Positions 50,014 through 59,835 of a DNA stretch of 59,835 nucleotides are shown piece by piece; position 1 is the stretch's first letter; each line of letters starts with the position of its first letter. Origin of the DNA: Dimargaris cristalligena (Eukaryota); assembly GCA_003614675.1 (NCBI GenBank), contig ML002246.1, positions 1 to 59,835 on the forward strand. Direction: 5' to 3'. Below the pieces are notes generated by a model. That model made no database searches. It was given only the letters and a program-made list of their open reading frames with translations, and was not told the DNA's origin. A program made the translations under genes and the position numbers.

Positions 50014-50270
50014 TTGACTGGGGAGAGAGGTCAAGGCTACTTACCGGATTGGCCAGTCAGGGGCTTGTAATTCACTTCAATGGTGGCCCGATCGACTTTT
50101 TCATCGCGAATCTTGATTTCCATGGGACCATAGACGGCGGCGAGGGTGGAGGTCTTATCCAGGGCAAATTGGGCGGAACCATCGGGGCGGTGGAGCAGAC
50201 CCTGAACTATTTCCAAGGGGCGGATTTGGTCGGCTTGGCGGCCATCGGGGCGGATGCTGGTGGTGGTCAT
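48809..50270 (-). CDS. RRP46: Exosome complex component Rrp46 (RNase PH-like)
   Basis: Predicted exons 50270-50045, 49811-49690, 49484-49344, 49183-49094, 48922-48809. Motifs: RPDGR..GLLHRPDGSAQF..AAVYGPMEIKIRDE..ATIEV, LHPNTLIRIELQ, NAATMALMDAGVPM, LLDPTEHE. Confidence 0.93.
49977..50010. repeat. (TA)n microsatellite in RRP46 intron 1
   Basis: Direct reading of the sequence. Confidence 0.9.
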
Positions 50271-51125
50271 GGTAAGGGAGTATGTGAATGATGTAAATGT
50301 ATAGGTGGATAATGGCACTAGACTAGAAGGGATTCTTTTGGGCTGCCAAGTCAGCGGATTCAGCTAGTTCGTTTGCGGCAGAGACTGGTGTACCTGAGAA
50401 TGGCTAATATATAAAAAAAAATCGCGCCCTTTCTCTCTCTCTCTTCCAGATATTTGGCCAGGTTAGCTTGGGTTAGACAGCCAATGGGATGGGACGAGGT
50501 GGGGAAATCAGCTGTTAGCCGAAGTAATTTAAATTCCCATTCGGTAGGCGGACGGTGGAACTTGGGTGGGCGGGCGGTTGTTAAGTTCCAAATTGGCAAG
50601 CGGGGAGACATATATAGAAGATATAGTTGGCCTATTATGCTGCTATTCTATTATAGTTGTGTTTACTACTACTACATACATCATTATTATCATAGATTGT
50701 TGAGTGAAAAACACTCGTCAATACAACAGCGGGCTTTATAAAGGCCATTAAAGAAGTGTCGAGGGTTGTTTCTACTTATCAAGCACATATTTACATTCCA
50801 AAAGGCAAGATAATATAGGACAAGGGAAGGAAAGGGCTTCTTCCTTCTTTCATTGACATGAGTGGTGAAAGAGATATAAGCATCCCCCCACCCCCTAACC
50901 TACACCCACACTCTTTTGCCACCACCTCACTTCACTTATCCTTACTTGTCCTCAATATAGGCTGTTCTTTTATTCTTCCAATCGTGCGGGGTGTGGGTTC
51001 AACTAACCTTCCTTTCTCCCCTATTTTACCACATTCCAACTCCTCCTCCTCCCTCTTCTAAACCCAACCGCATCCCTCGTTCTCGCCTATTTCTCTCGCT
51101 CTATACCACCCACCCCTTCGCTGCC

Positions 51126-53291
51126 ATGGAGTCTTACGCCTACCGCCCTCCCCCAGCCGTTGAAAAGGACAACTACTATTATCCTCCCGAGAAGTCGGCC
51201 TACGGTAAGGTCCTCCTCCTCCCTCACTTACTCTCCCTTATCCACCACTACTAGTCGGGATGGGTACTAGTCCCCCCCCTGTTACGGTTGACCACATAGC
51301 AGCCCCTCCTCTCCCCAGTGCGGATAAGCAGGCCTGGCTGTTTCCCGACACCTCACCTGTTAAGTTCAGGTCGCAAACACGTCCTGGCGGGCCCATCGCT
51401 CCCTTTTACGTCACAACTCAGCGGCATGGGTTCCTAGGCCCCTACGACTTCCCAAACAACTAAACACCCATAGTCTAACACCCTCTCCCCCCCACTTCCT
51501 GCTATACTCACGACTGTGTTACACACTCGATATCTGGACCGTGCGATTCATGTATATTTGACCTATATATATATATATATACATAACCGCCTTCAGTAGA
51601 TGTAGTCGACAGTCGTCAGAAAAATGCCATCCTGCAACGGCTGGTTGCCATCAACCAGGAGTTCTGCACGAACCGCCAAGGGTAAGTCACCAGCCGTCCC
51701 TTTTCATAGCCCACATTTGTCCAGCTGCTCGGCCATTAGCCTGTTGGAGCCAGATGGGATGGTGAACCGGCCTATAGACTGATGGTGCACCTTGTAAATG
51801 TATCTATTATATCCACTCGGGTCTGACCAACCTACAGAATATACGAGGATAAAATCAAAGAAATCAACCTGAGTGTCAAGGAAATCTGCGACGGTAAGTC
51901 TTATTACGCCCCCCCACATATGTACATCTCCCTCCACTCCATAGTCGCCACCGTATTCATGCATTCATGCGGGCCCCTTCATTCAAATGAGGTCAGCTAG
52001 CTCCTTCCCCCCTTAATTCCACTTACCCTCCTTGGATATAGCGCGAAAATACTTTCATTGGAGAGGCATCTATACCTCAGTTTAATGCGTGAGCAAACCA
52101 CTAATCCCTCCATTGGGCTGTATTTATTACTATTCTCCTTATTCTTATCCAACCCAGGCACCCATCCCACCTACCTGGACAAGGTCAAGGTTTTACGTAG
52201 TATCCGGGATGCTGCACTGACCAAGGCGGAGCTCCTTTGCAACTATCAGCTCGGGGGTGCTTACAAGCTCTACAAAGATGAAATCGTCCGGCTTGAAGAA
52301 GAGTATAATGTAAGTTATCCAGGCTCGACGGCGACCTTTGTCGGTTCAGTAGTACACACCATACCCTTATTTTAATTTATTAGATACAAATCATTCATCG
52401 CTGGTCCCGCGTCTGCTCGGTTATTTTCCAAGGGTCCACCCTTGTCTGTCAAGTTTATACTGAGCTAACTTTTATATCCAAATCCTACTCAACCACTGTA
52501 TCTTTTCCAGGCCGAGAAAGAAGAGCTCCGCGAACGCCTTCGAAACAGCATCGAAGACCGGCTCAAGCGCCTTAAAGAAGACCGCGACATTCTAGATATT
52601 AACCAAGGTACATTTTCATCCCTTCCATCATTGCTATGCCAACGCCTCCCTTTTTTTTAAAAAAATCCCCCATTCTGGCGAAATGACCATCGCCGCAATA
52701 ATATGATTGGTGGTCCCATATACTTCACCAATATTTGATTACCCTTTTCCCTTTGACTTACGTATGTCCTCTGCGCACTATCTTATGATTGGAAAATTCT
52801 TTAAACCAGACTTTCCGGGGGATGCCGGTCCACGATCGAATTCGAAGCGAAATCTTCGTAAGCGGGGGCCAGAACCAACGGACCAGAAAACCTCCAAAAA
52901 GAAGCGCCAGGTTTCCGTTACTCTTAGTTATGCGGTTACTGAAGAAGATGCCCAGGAGGATCTCTCCTTAATGAAAAAGGTACGTTGCACTTAGTATCCC
53001 CGATCTTAGATGGGCCTAGTCCACTTTCGATAATCTTCATGTGGTATTCTCATATTGGGATTATGCCGATCATTAATGGGTAATTCTCAATACAGCCGAG
53101 GTTTAAACTAACTAACTAACCAACCAACCAACTAACTAACTAACTAACTAACTAACTAATCTATCCCGCATTTGACAACCTACCCCACAATCACTTGTAA
53201 TCACGTGATTCTTTATATACGGATTCGGTTCCAGCAGCCAGCATCAGCGACCCCTCAGGCTAGGAAACAGGGATCTAAGTCTAAGCGGTAG
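51126..53291 (+). CDS. SDS3: Sds3-like (Sds3/BRMS1/Dep1 family) Sin3-HDAC complex subunit
   Basis: Predicted exons 51126-51204, 51597-51681, 51838-51893, 52158-52309, 52511-52607, 52810-52979, 53235-53291. Motifs: EFCTNRQGIYEDKI..ICDGTHPTYL, EEEYNAEKEELRERL..EDRLKRLKEDR, KRNLRKRG, EEDAQEDLSLM. Confidence 0.85.
53106..53159. repeat. (AACT)n/(AACC)n compound microsatellite in the last intron of the Sds3-like gene
   Basis: Direct reading of the sequence. It generates many ACTAAC branch-site-like words. Confidence 0.85.
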
Positions 53292-53713
53292 TCCCTCTTG
53301 CACATCACCGTTCATTCTCGAATAAAATCACATTCCTGTTTTTTTATTAAATCTTTATTTATTTTCTAATTATTATTTTAGCCTGTGAACTTTCCTTTTT
53401 AGTGCCATCCTTCACCCTTTAAGTAATCGCAACTTGCGTCTGTAGGCTTATTCTTTATATACATATACTTCACTTCACTTCAGTTTCACTATTCCCCCAC
53501 TTTACAGGAAGTGCCATCATCGGTTAATTTTTTTTATAGTTATTTTGCCCGAGTTTCAATACCATGCTTTTATAGAAATCCCAAGAATACACATAATGTA
53601 ATTTGTCTTTCCGGCACGTCAGTATAGTCATATGAGATACTAAAAGGCGAATTTGTAGGGGGGTGGGCGAAGAAAGGCGTAGAGTATTGGGGGCATGGTT
53701 CAGCATGGCTGGA

Positions 53714-55452
53714 TCACTCAAATTTGCCAACAACTACTCGACAGTGTTCCCCAGTAGCATGGACAGTAACAAGGTCACCGACTGTAATAACTTGGCCTAG
53801 TCATTAGATAGTTATCCAGAGATGCATAATATAATAATCAAATGGAAATGTCGTGAGGGTTTTGATTTAAATGTGTGAATTGGTCGGCTGAACTCTCCAG
53901 GCCGGTCTCTATAGATACGTATACATATATATATATCCATCAAAGGGGCAAAGCAATCAAGAGCAGTACTTACCTGTGCGAACGGGGACGCAGTTCATAC
54001 CGAAACAGCCTCGGTATTTATCACCAGGGTCCACCCGTCGGTAATTCACCAAAGTCTTCAACGGTTGGTGTTCCAAACTGGCAATTCCCGTATCGGGGTT
54101 ATTATTGGTCATGGGGCAGCGGGTGCAGCGCGAAGTCACCATCAGAGTGACTGCCGATGGAGCAGACGTACTCGCATTCGTATCCGCATCGACGGTTATT
54201 TTTTCTTCGCTACTCGAAATGGGTGGGGTAATCTTTCTCGCCAGTGCGCCCGCCTTAATCGAAATGCGGTGCCAAGTATCTTCCTCAAAGGGTGCAATAC
54301 CATCGACCATAATATTAGGCCGAAAGCGCCGGATATCAATCGGCGTCGGCAGGTGTTGATTCACATCCACCAGCGATGCTTCGGACGCCAACAGAATCGG
54401 CGAGTCATTGCTGAACATCACTCGCCCGGGCCATTGCGGGGGAGGAGGTGTCGTCGTAGAGTGGGATGCGCTACTGGGTGCGAAATACGAGAAAATACTA
54501 CGCCAGCCGCCCACTGGCCTGGGTGGAAGTGTCGTAGCAGCGGGGTCACGGTTGCTACTACCGCTATCATTATCATCCTCAGGACTTGCTAGGGCTTGTT
54601 GTACCTGCTCGGCCGTGGGTGGACATGTCTTGGTCGCTCGCTTACCCTGGTCAAGGATATAGCGCACCAGGCGGACTCGGCGACCTAAAAAAGTGGATAA
54701 CCAGTCCGCCACTTCATCCCCCTCATCGTAGGCGGGGGTATCGTCGCCCCATACGTGGACTTGGACCTTCTTCAATCCCGCTAATTCCACCTCAGTTGGG
54801 TGTAGAGGCAGTATCATGGATGAGGTTGTAGTAGTGGTAGTAGTAGCGGGAGTGGTCAGCGATGTCGCTTCCGGGGCTTCATCCGTGGTTGGAGTAGCCG
54901 GAATGGTGAGGATAAGTTGGGGGGTGGTGGTATCTCCACTCTCGAGCTCCTCCATACCAACAGTTCCCTCCAAATGGAGACCGCATTGCAGCGCGGGGAT
55001 ACCGATGATTTTAGGCGTGACTAACGCTAAGCGCCCTTCCTTAATTTGGGTCACAAACTTGTACTTTTCGTCGGTGACCATCCATAGGCGGTCGTATTGG
55101 AAGCCGGCTGGTTTCATTAGGGTTTTTATGGAGTGGAGGGTGAGAGTATGGAACACATATGGGTAAACGAAGTCGGGATATAGGAAAGTGTGAGGGCGGG
55201 GTTAAGGCCTAATTGACTGGCGGATGCCGCTATTTTTCTATGGGGCATATTTGAGATAAAACGTACTTATTCACCATCCATTGAACACGGCTCGTTCTCC
55301 TCATACCATAATGCATTTAAAAAAACATATTGCGAAATATAGAACTACGGCGGCAGCGACTTACTTTCAATGAGAGTGGCCTGAGACACCGGTAGGCCGG
55401 CGCACGATTTGATCGGGTAGAGGAAAAGTCGACTAATTTGGATGGTGGCCAT
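53714..55452 (-). CDS. MOSC-domain molybdenum-cofactor protein (mARC/YcbX-like), copy 1
   Basis: Exons 55452-55365, 55107-53974, 53796-53714. Motifs: LFLYPIKSCAG, GFQYDRLWMV, YDEGDEVADWLSTFLGRRVRLV, RRFRPNIMVDG, PFEEDTW, RCTRC, YRRVD, FGMN. Confidence 0.92.
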
Positions 55453-56284
55453 AGTAATAGGATGCAAAATGTAAAGTGTTAAATAATTGAGCTGTAAGTA
55501 TCCGGCGGAAAAAGCGGTTTAAATAGTAGTATGGTCGAGAAAGTAGGCAATATAGCGTCTTGTTGAATAGAGAAGGAGCAAATATGGGGTTATTTTATAG
55601 GTGTCCTCAAATCACGGAGTCGCCTGACTTGTACTTCTCTCCACACAATCCCTGTTTCATTCCCACGTTGCCGTCTTTGACTACAGCGGGACGGGAACAA
55701 ATTCCTGGGGTACGCAAAGTCCCGGAGAGACAAGAATCACCTCATCCATTCGTTTTCTAGCGGAGGTTTTCAGGCTTGCCCATTATATTATTAATTGAAG
55801 AACGGTCGTTTTAAACTCATGTGGGGGTTAGCACTATGAGTAAGGACTATTAAACGAATATTATGACGAGCTGTGAGTCATTTGAAAGCGAGACATTATA
55901 ATATCTGCAGTTATTTAAATGGTCGGTCCGATATATAGTCCTGGCGGGTTCCAATCTTGGCCGATTTTCTGCTTTGGTCGCTGGGAATTTAAGCCGCATG
56001 AAACAATGGTCTATGGCGGGTCAATGTTTAGCCTCGCCTCCATGGGGGTATGAAAACTTTGCACAACCGCTGTCGTAAGGGACAAGTAGTATCACCGGTC
56101 GAATTCTTGTAATCCGCTCTGAATAAGTCGCTGACTTCCTGGTCTACAAGTACTTTATTGATATGAATACCCTCAGTTTAGCCGAATAAATGTAGGCACT
56201 ATTAAAATATATATCTCGTAAAAATGAATTCGTCCTGATAAATAGGGGGCTAGAGCGATGGAGGAGTGTCTATTGTTGACATGT

Positions 56285-58030
56285 TTAAACAATCTCTACA
56301 CGACGGTGTTCCCCAGTGGTTTGGACAGATACGATATCCCCTACGGAAATAACCTGGCCTAAGGATATTAAAAGTGCCATTTTTGGATGCCGGAATGGTA
56401 ATGGAGGAGGAATAAGTATATAAACTTAAGTTAGCCGTGAGTCATGAGCGCGGCTATATAAACATTGCGATAAACCCTACATGAATCAGTCTTTTATAGA
56501 GCCACTTACCAACGCGGATCGGAACACAGTTCATACCGAAGCATCCCCGGTATTTGTCACCGGGGTCTACCCGTCGGTAGCTCGCCAGGGTTCTCAGCGG
56601 CTGGTGAGTAGGCCTTGCCACACCCGTATCAGGATCCGTATTAGTTAACACGCAGCGACTGCAGCGGGACGTGACCAGTAGCGGGGTGGTGGGCCCGTGT
56701 TGCTCCGGCCCGGCAGCAGCTACCCGCCGCTGGTGCTCAGAAGGCGGGGATGTAGATGAGGATGAGGAAGAGTCGGGGGAAATAGTAATCTGCCGCCACG
56801 TTTCCTCGATAAAAGGCGGCATCCCGGCTACGGGGCTGTGCTTAGGGTCTTCCGGCGGGGAGGCCCCGGGGCCTACTAGAATACTGGGGCGAAAGGTCCG
56901 GATATCTACAGGTACGGGGAGCCGTTGGTTCAAGTTGGCTAGGGAGGCCTCCGATGCTAGTAAAAAGGGGGCTTCATCGGTCAGACTAATCCGGCCCGGC
57001 CACTGAGGCGGCGGAGGAGGAGGAGGGACCTTCATTGATAAATGGGGAGGGTCCCCCTCGGAGGCCGCAGCCACCTGAACCGCCCGTTGGACTTCGGCTT
57101 GGGACGGCGGACAAATAATCATCCGCCTTTGACCTTGCTCCACGGCATAGCGCACCAGACGTACTGGCCGTTCCAGGAAAGTAGAGAGCCACCGGGCTAC
57201 TTCGTTGCCTTCATCGTAAGCCGGTACAAGGTCTCCCCACACGTCGGCATGCACCAGGGACAGACCTGCTAGGTGGCCGGGGGAGGGGTGTAGCGGAATC
57301 GACACTGTCGTTGGGAGAGAGGGCGAGCCCGAGTCGCTATTGCCACCCGGCCCAGTCCCTGCCGATATAATAAACCGGGCGCCTTCCATAGCCTTTGGGC
57401 CAGTGGAGTCGGGAACTCTTGAGTCATTAGGGGCCGCAGATGTCATTGAAAGGGTAGGCTGGATAAGTACCAACCGTCCCAATTGGCGCTGCGTCAGGAA
57501 CTTGTAATCCTTGTCCGTAACCATCCACTGACGATCGTACTGAAACCCGGCTACGGTAGTGATACGAGTATGGGTTTTGGGCAAAGCACCAACAAAGACC
57601 AGGCAAGCGGTAATATTAGCCGAAAAGTTCATGATAATTGGAGGTGAGATTTACGCAAAATATACGAGGGTTGGCCCAGAAGAGCTGAATTATCGGTGCC
57701 GACTAAGTCTGAGTATTGCATAAAGACCCTGGCCACTTCAGGGTTCTTCTCTAAAGGGTTCATATGAGCCCGAATTTCATCAACAGGTTCCTTCATGGTA
57801 GCATTCGCCATGTAAATCGATGGCCTCGAATATCTCTGAGATATACTATCCATATGACCTCTATTAGTTTTATCAATATCCATACGGGACTCTCTCTCTC
57901 TCTCTCTCTCAAGGCTAAAAGCAAACACACCGGCGGACTTACTTTCGGTGACAGTGGCACGGCTAACCGGGATACCGGCGCATGACTTGACGGGGTAGAG
58001 GTAGAGTTGGCTTACCCTAATAGAAACCAC
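56285..58030 (-). CDS. MOSC-domain molybdenum-cofactor protein (mARC/YcbX-like), copy 2; start codon uncertain (GTG at the position of the paralog's ATG)
   Basis: Exons 58030-57943, 57550-56510, 56358-56285, with the same intron positions as copy 1. Motifs: LYLYPVKSCAG, GFQYDRQWMV, RTFRPSILV, PFIEETW, RCSRC, YRRVDPGDKYRGCFGMN. Confidence 0.85.
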
Positions 58031-59188
58031 ACTTAGAAAAACTCCGCGGAATACGGGGTAGGTGACGTATCAATATGACTGTGAACCTTATAAGGGGGGT
58101 TTTGTATATATAACAAAATAATAGTCACACTAGATAAAAAGTGAAAGTAAAGTAGCTCAAGTGATAAGTGAGAGAGCAAGTTGGACAGACCAGTGAAGGG
58201 GAAACGAAGCGGCAGTTGGGGGCATACCCAAATACTGCCCCCCCTCCAAACACCATGAAAAAGGGATCCTTCACACGAGTAGCCTGAAGTGCCATGTACG
58301 TGGGGTATGGGCATCGGCTTAGTCCGTGGCATTTCATATTCGCCCAACCTCCCCCATACAGTTGGACCAAATTAATTTCCTATGGTAGGGTATGGGAAGG
58401 GAAGGGGCCTCAATTCCCATCAGTTGGCGAAGGATTGGCGGGCTCGAGTATTAGACAATGCATGTAATAAAGCCAGGCCCTCTATTCCCTCAGTGGCACT
58501 GGGTTGACAGTCTGGATTAAGTAAATGGCCGAAGTGTGAGCAAGTTTATCTTAGTTTACCATCCCTTCACACTTAGCTGAGCGAGATAGTTGAAACCCAG
58601 TAATGTCCAGGCCCATTAAAATAGTCCGATAACAATAGTGCATTTGAGAAGGTTCATGGATGTTGCCATTATGTATTGAGGAGGGGGGTACAGGGATATA
58701 CAGGCTATTAAATGGTATAAATAATCAAACAGATTCACTGTAGGATTGAGATGGGCGTGTCCTATATATTTCCCTGCGTTATTGAATAGTTTGTCAAGCA
58801 GTATAAACCGGATAACTATAAATGAGGCTGCAACAATTCCATTTCCACACCAACATCACCTCAATAGGTCAATATATTTAATAGGGGTGTATTGCTTTGT
58901 CATTGAATAGCCAATATAAATAGATACAAGTACTCAGCCAATACGAGAATGGTGCGCGGATAACAAAATGGCGTTAATAAGGTAATGAAAAAAAGAGGAC
59001 AGATCAAATCTCGATTTAATCAATGTGTATTTGAATTAAAAATGTCTTACAGAATCACCACACAATCAAAACCCAAAAGGGGCGAACCACTGCCATATAA
59101 TAATTAGTAGGAATAGGGGATATATAATAGAATAGCGGCTGTCATCAATATAATATAATTAAAGGGCCTAGTTCGTTGGATAATTGGA

Positions 59189-59835
59189 TTAATCCCACTC
59201 TTCGTCGTCGCTTTCATCTTCCGAATCTGGCCATGCGTAAATAGGGTTCAGAGAGTCAATATAGTCAATAGAAGTGGTTTGATTAGACAGTTATATGGGG
59301 TTACTCTGTGGTATACGGAGGGGTTGATTGACATGAGTCGGTAAACCTGAAATGCTATATTCGAGGTAGGCTTACCTGAATTGCCCAAGGTGGCTTCCTT
59401 CTGTTTCTTGAGGAAAGCCAAGGCATTGGCCAAATTGTCGCCACTGGCTGCGCCAGGAGTGGGAGAAGCAGGCTCGGTTCCGGTTTGGGTGGGCGAGGAC
59501 TCGGCCTAATTGGTGGGATAGGACAAGTAATCAAAATATAGCGAAAAAACGAGTGTAAGGAAATGATAATGCCATTCTATGTTGACTAGACTAGAGAAAG
59601 AGTGCGTTCCTAACAAACAAACCCAGTTTCCTCGAAAATGGGGAATGGATGTGTGAGAGAGAATACAAACTTACCTTGCGGAGGTTGTTTTTGCTGAAGT
59701 TGGCGATACTCGCCAGAAGCGCCGATCGGCCTTCCGTCTCGACACCAGCGGGGAGCTCGGGCAAACTTGCAGGGGGGCCAGGGGGGGCGGGGGGCGGAAG
59801 GGGAGCCCCAGTGGGTGGCATTGGAGGAGCTGCTG
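59189..59835 (-). CDS. LAS17: WASP/Las17/Wsp1-type Arp2/3 activator, C-terminal part (polyproline-WH2-C-acidic); 5' end lies outside the window
   Basis: Exons >59835-59675, 59505-59376, 59226-59189 give PPTGAPLPPPAPPGPP, WH2 GRSALLASIANFSKNNLRKA, central LANALAFLKKQK and acidic tail SDSEDESDDEEWD*. Confidence 0.85.

Noticed and set aside
55808-55850. TATGAGTAAGGA resembling the 5' part of U12 snRNA
   Set aside because: The flanking U12 sequence, stems and Sm site are not present. I also saw no U12-type introns in the window.
27850-59835. Profilin, WASP/Las17 and a flippase in one window as an actin/endocytosis cluster
   Set aside because: The genes are tens of kb apart with unrelated housekeeping genes between them, and no shared regulatory element was seen.
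1-59835. CRISPR arrays, tRNA or rRNA genes, intact transposases
   Set aside because: None was recognised by eye. A tRNAscan-SE or Rfam run would be needed to exclude small RNA genes.

Overview
Eukaryotic, intron-rich fungal genomic DNA with GT-AG introns and CTAAC-like branch sites. An early-diverging fungus (Zoopagomycota/Dimargaris-like) is my inference and is not proven. I assembled 16 protein-coding genes by hand, in this order: a lysine-rich SMAP-domain protein (+), PYM1/WIBG (-), a Rad53/Chk2-type checkpoint kinase that appears to carry three FHA domains (+), an intronless Dnf1/2-type P4-ATPase flippase (-), a TPR-like helical protein (+), profilin (-), two paralogous secreted His-brace LPMO-like proteins I cannot place in a named AA family (-), Ric-8 (-), xylulokinase (-), Tvp15 (+), Rrp46 (-), an Sds3-like protein (+), two tandem MOSC/mARC-like genes (-, one with GTG where its paralog has ATG), and the 3' end of a WASP/Las17 homolog (-). 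Non-genic signals are a nearly CpG-free repeat-like relic at the left edge, a heavily decayed NRPS condensation-domain relic at about 22.2-23.4 kb, and a strongly base-paired element of about 225 nt downstream of a TATA box at about 43.9-44.1 kb that may be an unannotated ncRNA. The best candidates for new biology are the LPMO-like pair, the triple-FHA kinase and the structured RNA candidate. All exon coordinates are manual predictions, and no database searches were run.
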